A DNA stretch of 64,000 nt from Azolla caroliniana (GCA_043228905.1 JBHGNT010000016.1:19034001-19098000), one strand, 5' to 3'. Counted from the stretch's first letter, positions 12,407-25,519 are shown. A program made the numbers and translations. Notes: generated by a model from the sequence alone, not told the origin.

Positions 12407-15400
12407 CTAAGATGGTTTGATATCAATTAAAGAATCTGGGTTGCTTGAATGACTTTCGCCATACCTCTCAAGAAGATACTCACCATCTGACACGGGTGGA
12501 AACCTGAAAAAAAATATCCCAGCTTATAAAACTAGTAATCAAACATGTCTAGGAATCCAGGAAACACGTTCATCTGCTGAAGTTTTTCAGCATAATCCTG
12601 AAATACTTACTTCGGAGGATTATCTTCGCTCTGACATGTTTCTAAACACTCCACCAAACACTCGTAATTTCCATGTAGAAAGAATGCAATCTATTGAAAG
12701 AATTCATTTAACCAGCAATATGTCAATTAAGCATTTTCAAATAACACTCTAGCTACAGATTCGGCTTGTTGTTAGAAGCACAAGTTCATATCTTTATGGA
12801 CCAATGTGTGTGTTCTTTTTGTACAGGAAGCAATTGGCTCTCACTATATACACTTTGAGCTTTCCTCTTGGTACCTCTTCTTTGGAGCACTCTACAGCTA
12901 TTTTACTTGAGAACCCACTTTAAAATGTTCTCCCAAAACCCTAAATTTGGGGCTAGAACTTGTATGAATTCTACCTCTATCGTTCTCTAAGAAACATAAG
13001 GGTAGATTCCATCATAAGCAGCCTGCCATTGGTGATGATGATGTGCCTCAGGTGGAACCACAAAGAGCTGAAAATCATGACAAGCCCATGTAATGTTGCC
13101 AGAAGATGATGGACAGCCGCTACATACACCTGGATTCATCATGAGCAGCCAATGAATAATGTTGAAAATATGGCTGTGAATCATCACAACAGCCTATTGT
13201 TGAAGATTTTGAGATCCCTCTTGATGTAGATCCCAGTCGTGATAATATAGACCATTGGATAAAAAAGTCTAATAGATTGAGGCCTTTACAAAGGAGTGTC
13301 ATTGGAGGCATAAAAGCCCAAGGACTCTTCTCATGTATACTTTGACCTTTTCTTGCTAGTAACTCCTTTCCAGATCTTTATAGATAGATTTTTCTTACTA
13401 CTACAAGCACTGAACTTGCATATTTTAAACAAAATGATGTCCCAAAACCCTAGATTTGGGGATGAAACTTGTATTAGCTCTAATCAACACATGATCCTAT
13501 ACATATGTAGGAATAACATTTACAAAGCCTCAGATCTCCATACATGAAGCTTCCTGTGCTTGACTTTCTTGTGGATATGCAGCCCTTGAAAGACAATGTG
13601 CACATATCGGGTTCCAAGAACCACAAATAAAATTGCAGTTGTTTAATACAGTTATAACACCAACTCTTCTGTGCAGTGGTGTGTACCTTCATCGCCATGC
13701 TCAGGTTGGAATACATTCATTTCCAAGGGGAACAGGCGTGTAGTATCTAGTCTTGTATTGTTAAGAATTACAGATATGTGAGAGACTTGATGAATGAGGA
13801 AATAAGTACCTATTATATTTCCTAGTTTAGCAACACATTTTATATAAATAAAGAGACTAGAGAATATGAACATAATACCGAGTATCGTTCTTTTCCAGAT
13901 ATCAAAACTCTATGTAATGTAGAACTGCATAAAAAACAACAAATGATGGTTATCTCTACACAAGGGAACACTGAAGTATGCGTTAAATTAAGCTTTATCT
14001 GAAACACTATTTTCCAATGTTGTGATATCAAAGTTTTGCACTAACTTGGCTGCATTGATATCTTTTGCCAACATTGGTAAACAAATGAATTATTTTACCA
14101 CATGGTCAGTGTAGGAGATAAATTAAATGTATGCTAGAACAGAATTCACACGTAAGTCTCCATAAAAATGCAGCAAGACGGGGCCTGAGGTGACAGGTCA
14201 TAACAATGTGCTTCAAAAACACATGAGCATTTGAGATAAATTACCGAAAAATATTATTGCTCCATCGCTCAAGCATGTCCCCCAAATTAACAATGAAAGC
14301 ACTGCTTGAAGCAAAACAACGCAAAACTTAGATTAAAGCTGAGGTATGTCTCAGAACATTACTTATAAATGAAATTCTCATATACACCATGTTGTATATT
14401 AAACGGAATAGTAATGTTTATAGGTATTGCTCCCTTGAAGTATCATCTGGATATACAAAAACATGATTACCCTTCAACAGGTTGTACACTCTCCCAAACT
14501 TGAGACTTTTCATCTTTGTCTCTGCATATCTATACGATAAATTGTGAATGTATCAAAACAATATGTGCAGTTTAAAAGAGCAGAGAAACAGATAGCAAAC
14601 TAACTTCCAAACCAGGTGTTCCATCACAAACAATAAGGCTAAGAAAACCCCAGTCAGAATGAGCCCCAGCACCAAATATTCCCTTTTCTGGTATTGATTT
14701 TTCTCCTGCTTTGAGGAAATTGATTATAAGGCACAGTACAAAGGAAGAGGGAAATCATGGTTAGAAGATGATTTTCTAGTGTAGACCTTTATAATGGAGA
14801 AGGCGTAGAAATGTCATCGGATTGTCCATCATTCCTGGTTTTTCGAAAAAATCTGATTCCAGCTTTAATGCCAGGGCAATCAATCTGCATATTTTATATG
14901 CAACATTCCTGTACATTAAGAAAAAAAAAACAGTTTCAGCGAAACTTAAATGGCTTAATTTTAGAATCTTATATAGCATAATCCCTATTTGTGTAGAGGT
15001 TGTTGATATGTGCTCACATCTCTGGAAGCATTTGTTTCCTACATTTCGGGAATGGCAGGGAGCTCTGGACAATCGCTGTTGAAATGTTGCCCTATTGGCA
15101 ATTACTACATGACAATGTCACTATTCATAACCTCTCCTTAAGCTACAGATTTAATCAGCCCCTACCATTTAAAATTATCAAGCTGGATTGTTCAGTCACC
15201 TCATGGATTTGTCACTGTCTCAGTGATTCGTTCAATTTCCACTCCCAACTCACTCATTCAATTTTGATTCTTTCCCTCATACAATCATTCTCTCAGTCTC
15301 CTTTAAAAAATACAACCATTCTATCTTAGCTCAATCACTTCAGCCTTTCACTCCTTTCATAGATCCACCTGTCATCCTACCCAGTGATGAAATTTTGCAT

Positions 15401-16528
15401 GACTTGCACAGGTATTGAATATTTGGATCTACTCCTATTCTCACTCAGTCAAATCATCCATCTTCAGTCAAATCACAGCCATGGCCCATACAATCATTCA
15501 AATGGCAAGCCATTTCAATCTCTCTATCATCAAAGACATCATTAATCACCAATAATGGGTCAATCAGCATCAAATAAATCCAACATTCAATAATTCCACA
15601 TAATTTACATGTTACATGCATTTGTCTTCTGCAGGATTACATACTCTTATTATGGATAAGGCCTTTAGATTTAGTCACCCATTCATATTTTTCATCTCAT
15701 ACGTTCATAATGCTTTGATCTCATGAGTAGAATGGGAGATTGTTGATATTTATCCCACATGCAACCGTTCTCCCATTCATCTGTACTATATAAAGAGGAA
15801 TCCTGTAGCACTTCCCATTATTGCAAATAAAGATCATTTTGATTTTCTCATATTCCTGTTCCACTCTTATCTTTCCTGTTTCTATTCAATCGTGGAGTGT
15901 GGACCCACCATGTACACAAATAGCTTGCAATCTGCTTTAAAGTTCCTGTTTGTTTCTCTCTCAGGAATAGAATCCAAGGAAAATTTAATCCCACAATATT
16001 GTTGGCTCAACTTTAAGAAATGCATTATACTTACAATGCTTTTTTGTGGTAGGTCTCCATTGTGTCCCTCCAACCAGGTAGCAAATCTGTATGTTTTGAA
16101 ATGTTATCACCATTGAATACGAAATTTTAAAAGGCTTGCAGATGTCTAAATAACAAAGTCATACCTTCCGAAGGCCATACATTAGGGCCATAGAAGCACA
16201 ATGAAGCCCTGTGACTATCCTTGGGTGCTTCGGCACCAATGTAATACCCCTCTTTGTAATCTCCTAGTGAAACATTCATAGTACGCCTTTGTGAGGCCGC
16301 ATGTATCAGCATTCAAAAAGTTAATGAGAGAAAATTTATCCAAGCCTCTACTTCAGCAACTTTATCAAGTGAAAATTATGCCATCTCGGTTCGTTTTGTC
16401 GTTACCCTTACATAGCTATGGCATATAATAAATGGCAGATTTTTTATTCAAACGATTCAACTTTCTTGTTTGAATCATTTATCCGTTTCCTCTCATTCCA
16501 CTACGAATTCTACTCAAACAAATTCATC

Positions 16529-16625
<97 letters not shown>

Positions 16626-17558
16626 ACCTGTAATCCTAATGATTTATCTCTTTTTGTTTATGAATTATGTGCCACTTCCCTTGACTTCAATACCTCAGCA
16701 ATCTCATCTTGTCAAAGCTAATGACATTTCTCAGCTGTTGGTATGCAATGTAAACATTCATCTCATTCTTCAAGCTTCAACACATATATGCCCAAACAGG
16801 CGTATAGATGGCATACAACTCAATTGCATATATATGTAAGAAAGAGATCGTTCAAAACATTCATGTCTTTCTTTGGGCTTCGACCCATGTCCTTGTTTTC
16901 TTGTCAGGGGCTCTTCATGTGCTACCCTTATTAAATACAATTCTTATGGGAGATGGTTATAATTCATATCTTTGTCATTGGGTTAGTATTATTTGAACAT
17001 ATTTTCGCTGCAAAGTCCTGATGTCATCATGTGCATGGTGTGGTTGAATACATATGTTGTTTGATTGATACATGTTCTATTTGTGCACCATGTATGCACT
17101 CCTGATTCTCTTTCCTTTTCTTTTCAATATCAGCAGATATATAGACTAACCTTGGAACTGTCTTGATGGGTCGAGCGTCTCATCAAAGAGAGGTGTGTAT
17201 CCTCGATGATTCTGAGTGCGGAGGCACTTGGCCTTTTCAGACACAGGAAGCTCGAAGAACTTCCTGCTCTGGTGGAGGACTTCCTGGATGAGACCACGAT
17301 CTATGCCGTGGTTGACAACGTAGAAGAAACCATAGTCCAGGCACGCCTAGATCATGGGGGAACGATGCAAAACATCAGAGAAAGGTGAGAGCCAAGTGAG
17401 GGAGGGGGAAGGAGAAGGAGATGTATATGTATATGTGTATGTGTATGTGTATGTCTCTGTTTTTAGACCTGTCGAAGCTTGGCGGAGGAAGCAGGGATGT
17501 CGCTGGAGAGGTCGATGATCTCCAGGTCCACAGAGGCAGCAGGCATCATGGATGCCAT
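12407..17558 (-). CDS. 2-oxoglutarate/Fe(II)-dependent dioxygenase (DOXC class, At1g35190/hxnY-like), 11 exons, ~332 aa
   Basis: Exons (minus strand): 17558-17469, 17346-17151, 16263-16165, 16086-16035, 14908-14787, 14705-14605, 14529-14471, 14301-14245, 13924-13879, 12690-12611, 12503-12407. All introns are GT-AG and the exons total 999 nt in frame. Motifs: IIDLS, ACLDYGFFYVVNHGI, HRGY, GDYKEGYYIG, GPNVWP, LRLLHY, GAHSDWG (HxD), FIVNLGDMLERWSN, STLHRV...RYS (distal His and RxS). Confidence 0.93.
16532..16624. repeat. (CT)n microsatellite in intron 2 of the dioxygenase gene
   Basis: Long perfect CT run. Confidence 0.95.
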
Positions 17559-17614
17559 GGATTGCAGGGCAGCAGCAGCAGCAGACTGAAGGAAATGGTC
17601 GACACTCGAAATGA

Positions 17615-17836
17615 TGAATGAATGCGTATGCGTATGCGTATGTTTCATGCGTATGCGTATGTTATTATGTATCTCTGACGTGTCTATGCGTATGTGTATG
17701 TTTATGTCTATGTCTATGTATGGATGGATGGATGGATGGATGGATATGTTGCATGGAATGTATGTATGTACGTATGTATGTGTGTATGTATGTATGTATG
17801 TATGTATGTATGTATGTATGTATGTATGTATGTACG
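17615..17836. repeat. Compound microsatellite (GCGTAT/TGGA/TATG) upstream of the dioxygenase ATG
   Basis: Directly visible tetra- and hexanucleotide runs. Confidence 0.9.
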
Positions 17837-19068
17837 TTTTGTCAAATTTGCAATATGTTCGAGATGAGGGCTAAGAGACAAAGTCGACGAAATGCAATTT
17901 TTTTCTTAAATTCGAGATATCAGAGAGCAGAGAGGAAATGAAATAGGGAGAGACGATCAATGCGAACACATTGGGGGAACTCTTATGAAGCACCCTCGGC
18001 ATTTTCCCAAACTGGTTTGCCATCACCATCATCTTCACATCTAAAGAAGAAGCAATGGTGTAACAAGAGGTGTGTCAACTTCATAATTATTCGATATTTT
18101 GTAGGGTTATAGGATTGTGTTTCGAATACGGGTATATAATGGCAACCCTGAATGTTGATCTCAATATAATGCAAGAATGCCTAATCATATCCAACCTTAT
18201 CTCATCACCAATATGAGTAGTAATGCTCATAGAGCTTGCAATTACTTCGCACTCGATCTCACAAGTTAGGTATTGACGTTGCATCATGGTGTCAAAATGT
18301 AACGAATTTGACGGCATGTAAAGTATGCAACGAAGGCATGGTAGAGGATAAATGTCACTTGCTCGGCATATAGTGCAATTCGTTCAATAATCATCAAGAT
18401 ATGATGACATATTAAGAGGGAGTGATAACTTAAGTGCCATACTTAAGACACTAACTAGAAAGGTTGACCTCATATGTGTATGTCGTATTCACGCATAGAG
18501 ACTTTTGTGCTTCAATGTATGAATACCCCTTTTTAGGAAGGAGACACATATCAAGAACACATGTATACTCTTGTCCCATAGGTCAAATTTGGCCTCTTTA
18601 GGGACAATAAAAAAAATTCTAAAATCTAAATCTAAGGGTTGAGTAAGAATGGAAAGTAAGTAGTACATAACTCTGACTCTAGATGGTGCTAGATTTTAAT
18701 ACATCGTCGACATTCTAAATTGCCACTTATAGAGAAACTCTTCATTTGGAGAGTTTTGGTTGGGGTTCACCTTTGGGATTAACTTTAAAGCGACATGAAC
18801 TAGCAATGCGCAATTTGCTTCTTTTGTACTGCGCAAGTGGAAGATAGTACTCACTATGTTATAGTATATCTGACAGCTTGTCAGATTTGGAGTTTCATTT
18901 CTCAAACTTGGCAAGTCTGGTGCGGTGCCGTAATTCACATAGGTGGACCCAAGACTAAAGATGGAGGAGATCGTTTTCCCATATTCAAAAAGATTGGGGA
19001 TATGTGCAATGCTTCTATATTTGACAGTTTAGGGCATACATGGATTCAAAGCATATACATACATATAT

Positions 19069-22000
19069 TGTGGTATTACCACGGATCCTAACCAGGGTCA
19101 CATTGACCACACCCAAATTAGGCCCCTAACAAGCCCCCATAATTAGAAGAGCTAATTGGAGTGGGAGAACACCACCACGCTAAGAGTAGCCTATAAGATG
19201 TAACTTAGAACATAATGGAAAGGGAGCTATTTTGAGAGCATTTCACATCTTGGTGGAGAAGACAAGCAAAGCAGCCCTAACAACACGCGCCACAATGCAA
19301 CACGACAACAACAGCGGCAACGCAAACTCCATGAATCCAGAATTCCTACAACAACAAACTCAAGAACATCAACCCACATGCCAATCGACCAATTGGTTTA
19401 GGCCCCGTCCAACATTATTTTACAAGTTAACCATACTAACCAAGCCATGTTGTCATTCCTCTCAGCACGATCCGAGCCACAACAGAATCTCCCAAACCCA
19501 TGAGTTCTCCCAAATCCATTCTCCGGCCTACCATCGGAAGACATCCTCTCTTGGCGGGATCATTTCGAAATGGTGGCCAGTTACCACCAGTGGCCACACC
19601 CCAGAAGGTAATGGAAATGAAGACACTCCTCAAGAATATCGTAGCAACATGGCTCGTACAACAACCAGAGGAGACACGCAACGACTGGGATCTGTTACGG
19701 GAAACCATGATTCAGAATTTTGCTCATCAGAACTCCCATCAGACGGCCCTACAACAACTCGAGTCAATCGCCCAGTAGCCACGCGAACCCATCACCCAAT
19801 TCGCAGTTCGGTTTGTGCAGATCCTACATCGGGCTGACGCCAACATGTCGGAAGACATGAAGTTGTTTTTCTTCTGGCCGTCGTGTACGCGATCAAGGCC
19901 CGGAGACACTACACGAAGCCATCCTCACCGCCCAACACATCAAAGTTGCAAACGCACACGACCTGCACACACCAGGTAATCTCAGTCACGATCATACAAA
20001 CACTACGCCAGCCACCATTCCCATGGACATCGACGTCCAGAACGTGCAGTTACGCGCCAAGCGTGCATTGCCCGAACGAGACAGCCAAGGACGCCCCAAA
20101 TGTTTCTATTGCAACAACTATGGCCACATCCGGCGTCACTACCGAAAGTGGCAAAATCAACAACAGAAGCAGAACGTCCAATTAGCCAACGTTGCCTCCC
20201 TCTCTGAGCTCCCAGAAAACTAATGCGCAGGGTGCCGTAGGGAGAGCCGCCCCCGCACGTCCATGCCTCCACATCATCAACTTCTCCCGTTTGTACCACG
20301 ATCGCCCACCTCCAGCACACGACCCAAGAAGTTCTCCTCGACTCCGGCAGCAACATCTCTTCCATCAACGCAGATTTAGTCACCCAATTGCAACTTCCCA
20401 CGAGCCACGCACCTCCCATTAAAATCATCTTCGGCGACCAACAACGGTTGTACCACTCACATACGTAAGTCATGTGCATGCTCACCATCAGTTCCGCCTG
20501 GATCCAACATCATTGCTACGTCCTCCCACTCCAGTTGTTCCCAATCACCTTGGGCTGTGATTGGTTCCTCCATAGTCGAGCCTGTCTCGATTTCTCCTCG
20601 CAACAGCTCGTCCTCCCCAATCACCTTCCAATCACGCTCTTCACTAATTTGCAAGATACCACCCACATCAGCAACACACAGTACCTGGTATCACCGACAG
20701 AGCGCATCTATGATATCCGACGGCTCCTAGCCACCTTTCCCTCATTGTCTACACCACCTGCAAAGCCTCCCTCGATCCGCTTTCCGATCCACCACACGAT
20801 TCCTACAGGCAACGCCCGCCCCATCAGCGCAGCTCCCCGACGTCACTCCCCTCTAAACCACGAGCGCATCAACAACGCCGTCAAAACTATGCTACAACAG
20901 GGGATTATCACAGCTTCCAAGAGCGAGTGGATCTCAAAGCCACACATGGTAAAAAAAGGGGACGACTCTTACCGTTTTTGTGTCGACTTCCGACAACTAA
21001 ACCATGTCACCACCCATGACCAATATCCTCTCCCTTGTATCAACGATCCTCCTCAACCAGCTTGGCAAATCAAAGTACTTCTCCTCCCTCGATCTGGCCT
21101 CGAGATATTGGTAGATCCCAATGAATCTTGAAGATGCCCACAAAACTACATTCTGCACTAGGAAAGGCATTTTTCAGTTCACATGGATGCCCTTCGGCCT
21201 ATCTGACGTTGGGAGCACATTCCAACGAATGGCTAATGCCATCTTCGACAATCTCACCACCCACCGCGTCATCATCTTCTATCTAGACGATATTCTGATA
21301 CATACAAGCACCTGGGCGGAACACCTCCAAGTCCTTCAGGAGGTCCTAACTTGTGTTCAATGCTATCGATTGCAACTGCAATGGAAGAAGTGTCGTAGTA
21401 CGCGCCTCCGCTTCCTCGGGTACGTCATCTCCTCTGACGGAATATATGTTGAGAGACAAGCTCAACATCGGCCGGATCCGCTGAAGAAGCCGAGGACCGG
21501 ATCAGTTGGGACCGATCGGTTAGGCTGAATGCGTAAACCGGTACGCAGACCGGTGTGTACGTAGGGCCGGATCGGTGAGTAAACTGGGAGGCCGTTAGGA
21601 AAGATATTACGTGAGAAATATATTTGGGAGTTAGTGTAGGAGCTCTTAATGAGCATTGAAGTACTGTTAGTACTTCGGTCAGTCCTTCTAGGACTTGTAT
21701 AAAAGTGTTCATTGAACACACATATGTATAGAATTGTGAATAGAGATTGAGTACTTTTGTTGAATATAGTTCTTGTGTTTACTCTCACTCTCACTCTCTC
21801 TGTCTCTCCCGCGTATACTGTGTAAGCTCAAGCTCTCCATTAAACCTGAGTTTTCTTCCTTATGTTCGGTCATCATACTTGTTTCCGCACGCTACTTTTT
21901 ACAATATAGATAGACCCAGAGAAGACGGAAGCAGTCCAAAAATTCCCATGCCCCACCACAGTCAAGCAGCTTCAACGCTTCCTTGGCCTCCTCATGTTCT

Positions 22001-24098
22001 CTCTCCACTTCATCCCACGACTAGCCGACCTGTCAGCCCCACTACGCGCGCTCCTGCAAAAAGACGCACTCTTCCTATGGACTGACGCTTGCGAATCCAA
22101 CTTCCTGCAGCTCAAGCGAACGCTCCAAGCCTTAAACCTCTTGGCACACCCTAATTTCACAAAGCCTTTCCATCTGCAAACGGATGCCTCCAACGTCGGC
22201 CTTGGCGCGGTCCTACTCCAATCTAACGGCAACGACCAACTGCGCCTGATTGCCTACATAAGCTAGTCACTTACCAAAGCCGAACAAAATTACTCGACAA
22301 CCGAAAAAGAGTTGCTCACCATCATCTAGGCATTCCATCGTTTCCACCCATACCTACACAGATCAAACACATCAGTCGAAACCGACCATCAGCCATTGCT
22401 CTCCCTCATAAAGAAGGCTCACCCACCCGATCGCTTACTCTGTTGGGCTTTGACGCTGCAGGATTACACATTCACTCTGCACTATCGCCGCGGTCCCTAG
22501 AACATCGTTGCCAATGGATTATCCCGCATATCCTTTCAGGCGAAACAAATCGCCTCCGGCACAATCGATTTCCCCGTATCCTCGTCCCAAATGGCCAACA
22601 TGCAACAACACGACAAAAAGATCCAAGACATCTGCCACCACCTACGAGCCGAGCCCACATCATCCCTCACCAAGAAATTCATGATCTAGGATAATGTCCT
22701 ACTTTTTTTCCAAGTAGGCAAGGAACCTCGGGTCTATGTGCTTGAGCAATTGCGCCTGTGTTACCTTCGTTTCTTCCACGATCACCCGTTGTCCAACCAC
22801 TTGGGTTTTCACAAGGTGCTAGACAAAATCTGTTGCAAATTCTATTGGTCGGGGCTACACCACGAGGTCACCTCCTACATCAAAGCATGCAACTCATGTC
22901 AGGCCATCAAATCACCTCAAGTGGCTCAAGGCCTCTTACATCCGATACAGGTTCAAGCTCCATTTGAAATCGTTGGATGGGACATTTTGGGCCCCTTTCC
23001 CGAGTCACAAGAAGGGAACAAATTCATCCTCGTCATAACCGAGTACTTGACGTGTTTGGCTGAGACAACCACTCTCCCAGATGTGAAGGCTATAACCATC
23101 GCCACCAAACTGTTGGAGAAAATCATCTTCCCCCACGGTTGCCCACTCCAAATCTTGTCCGATCGGGACCCCAGTTCAACAGCGAGCTCCTACGTCTCGT
23201 TTCTACACAATTAGGAATCCAACAATTATTCATGTCACCCTACCATCCGCAGACGAATGGATTGACAGAGTGCCTCATCGAACCTAAAAACAACAAATCT
23301 CGGCCTACATCAATCCGTTGCACTCAACTTGGGACCGGATCTTGCCCTTCGTTACACACGCCTACAACATAGTTGTGCAAGCCTCCACCCACATTAGCCC
23401 CTTCCGGGCCCTTTACGGCAGGGGCCCACGCTTACCCCCAAAAGTGGTAGTCCTGCAACCAACCACGCCACTCCACCCTGGTGGTTCCACCTGCAACAAC
23501 TCCAGCCCCTCCTCCGCAAAGCCATCACGAGCAACCTGCACCTAGCACAGCTACGCCAAAAACGCCAACACGACGCAGGCCGCGCTGACCATCAATACCA
23601 CGCTGGCGATAAAGTCCTCGTCTATTTCCCCATCTGTCGTCGCAGCCTGAGTGAGTCGCTCATGCACCGATGGATCGGTCCCTTCGAAGTTCAAAAGCAG
23701 ATATGCAACACTACATACTTGCTCCGTCGCACCTCCAACAACCGCTCTACCTTCGCCCACCAGTCTCGCATGAAGCCCTTCCATCAACTACCACCGCCCA
23801 CGCCCACGCCCACGTCTGTGCCATCCCTCCGCCCAGAACCGTCGTCCACATCCCGCCACGCTCCGACCGCACAATAACTTTTCTTTTACAAGGGGGAACT
23901 GTGGTATTACCATGGATACTAACCAAGGCCCCACCTAACCAGGGTCACATTAACCACACCCAAATTAGGCCCCTACCAAGCCCCCATAATTAGAAGAGCT
24001 AATTAGAGTGGGAAAACACCCACCACGCTAAGAGTAGCAGCCTATAAGATGTAACTTAGAACGTAATGGAAAGGGAGATATTTTGAGAGCATTTCACA
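19069..24098 (+). mobile_element. Full-length but decayed Ty3/gypsy LTR retrotransposon with short LTRs
   Basis: The 5' LTR (19069-19247) and 3' LTR (23900-24098) both run TGTGGTATTACC...CATTTCACA. PBS TGGTGGAGA is at 19251 and PPT AAGGGGGAAC precedes the 3' LTR. The flanks are ATATAT/ATATAT. Domains in gypsy order: gag knuckle CFYCNNYGH, PR LLDSGS, RT YRFCVDFRQLN and YLDDILI, RH LQTDASNVGLGAVL, IN HDHPLSNHLG..C..C, WDILGPFP, SDR, YHPQTNG, WIGPF. It has multiple stops and frameshifts. Confidence 0.95.
21447..21903 (+). mobile_element. Solo LTR (457 bp) nested in the gypsy RT
   Basis: It runs TGTTGAG...TTTTACA with a perfect 5-bp TSD ATATA (21442-46 / 21904-08). Removal rejoins ..SSDGI|.IDPEKTEAVQKFPCPTTVKQLQRFLG. 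Confidence 0.9.
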
Positions 24099-24172
24099 AT
24101 ATATAACTATATCTCTACCAAAGTTAGAAGGGAGTAAATAAATAAATAAATAAATAAATAAATATATATATA

Positions 24173-25087
24173 CATAGAACGTAATATTCGTGTTTGTGCA
24201 AGTATTCAAACATTTGAAAACAAACACGTTTGAAAAGGGAAAAATACGTTTTTTTTCTCATTTTTTCATTAATTATTATTACAAATTTGGCTCACCTTAG
24301 TGGTAAGGAGTCATGGCATTGATATATATGTCTTGGGTTCAATACTCAATTTTCTCATCTCTCTCTTTCCCTCTCTCTCTCTCTCTCTCTCATTAGTACC
24401 ATGTCATAGCAAGTTTTTATGTTAGTGTTATAATAGTTCTTTTCTTTTCTTTTCTTTTCTTATTATTAGAAATTAGTACAACCTAGTGGTAAGTTGCTGT
24501 GCTACTATTACTTGTGTCTTGGGTCCAATTCTCAACTTTCTCATATCCTCTTGTTAGTGTCATGGCAATTTTTTATGTTAGTGTCATGTTCCTTTTTTTT
24601 CTTTCTTTATTTCTTTGTTATTAAAAGTTAGGTCACCCTAGTGGTAACTTGTTATGCTATTATTGCCTATGTCATGTTTTCTTCATATTCTCGAGTATAC
24701 GTTTTATGAGTTTTTGAACGTTTGATTATAATTTATAATGACATATTTTGATTCAATCTCTATAGTTCACACTCATTTTTTTGTAAAGTTCTAAACTGAG
24801 GATGATAGAGATGTCTTGATTCTTAAGAAGCATCCCAAAAGTATTGCAAATATTGATAGAGATGTCTCGATACAATGCAAATATTGCAACCATACTTATG
24901 TTGGTGGTTCACAATGGATTAGAGTCCACTTATTGGGATTGAGAGTGAATCAATATATAATATAGACCCTAGTCAATCCAATCCAACTTGTCAATTCAAT
25001 CTAACTTTGAGATGATTTACTAATACACGTTTGATTGAATCAGTCTCGAATGAGAATGCACGTATGATACGTATGGTTCATTCTATG
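24173..25087. mobile_element. Non-autonomous hAT-type element (915 bp), same terminal family as the 10217-10488 MITE
   Basis: The left end CATAGAACGTAATATTCGTG and right end CGAATGAGAATGCACGTATGATACGTATGGTTCATTCTATG match the reverse-complemented ends of the 10.2-kb MITE. TATATATA flanks both sides. The interior is unrelated to that MITE. Confidence 0.75.
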
Positions 25088-25199
25088 TATATATATATAT
25101 ATATATATATGTACTCTACTAATAATGTAGCCAATTTTCTTTCTTTAGTGGAGAGCAAATACTGCCTTCATATTTGGCAATATGTATTCAACTAACAAA

Positions 25200-25438
25200 G
25201 TACGAAATATACTCGAATGCATGTAAACATTCTTTTTCATACGAATGAAGACGAATACGTATGTTATAAAAACATTCTTATGTTTTTTTTAACACTTTTT
25301 ACCTTAACTTTCTTGACCTAAAAACAAATTATCTTATAATAAATAGTGAATACAAAAAAAAGTATGGTATTTACCATACTTCGAGGGTGTTAAACATACG
25401 CGAATGATTGAAACATTCACGGATGCGAATGCACGTAT
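25200..25438. mobile_element. Truncated copy of the 10217-10488 MITE (inverted) directly upstream of the glutaredoxin-like gene
   Basis: Reverse-complement similarity to 10240-10450, including the palindrome AGTATGGTATTTACCATACT and ACACTTTTTACCTTAACTTTCTT. Confidence 0.8.
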
Positions 25439-25519
25439 ATTAACATGAGCCCCCTTCTCTTCCTTCCTCTTTCCTTCTTTCTGGTTAAAGCCCAGCAAGC
25501 TTCTCTTCTCTGAGTGGCC

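Noticed and set aside
13540-13650. Alternative exon 10 of the dioxygenase (LWFLEPDMC resembles FFxEP..C)
   Set aside because: There are no convincing in-phase splice sites, and the exon at 12690-12611 fits the family far better.
16418-17941. ORFs with (LS)n or (CMYV)n runs
   Set aside because: They are translations of microsatellites.
18340-18600. Possible copia PPT/LTR junction (AAGAGGGAG-TGATAAC)
   Set aside because: No supporting coding motif or LTR end could be identified.
24285-24540. Functional tRNA genes
   Set aside because: Only A/B-box-like motifs are present. I could not build acceptor or anticodon stems, so these are reported as tRNA-like units only.
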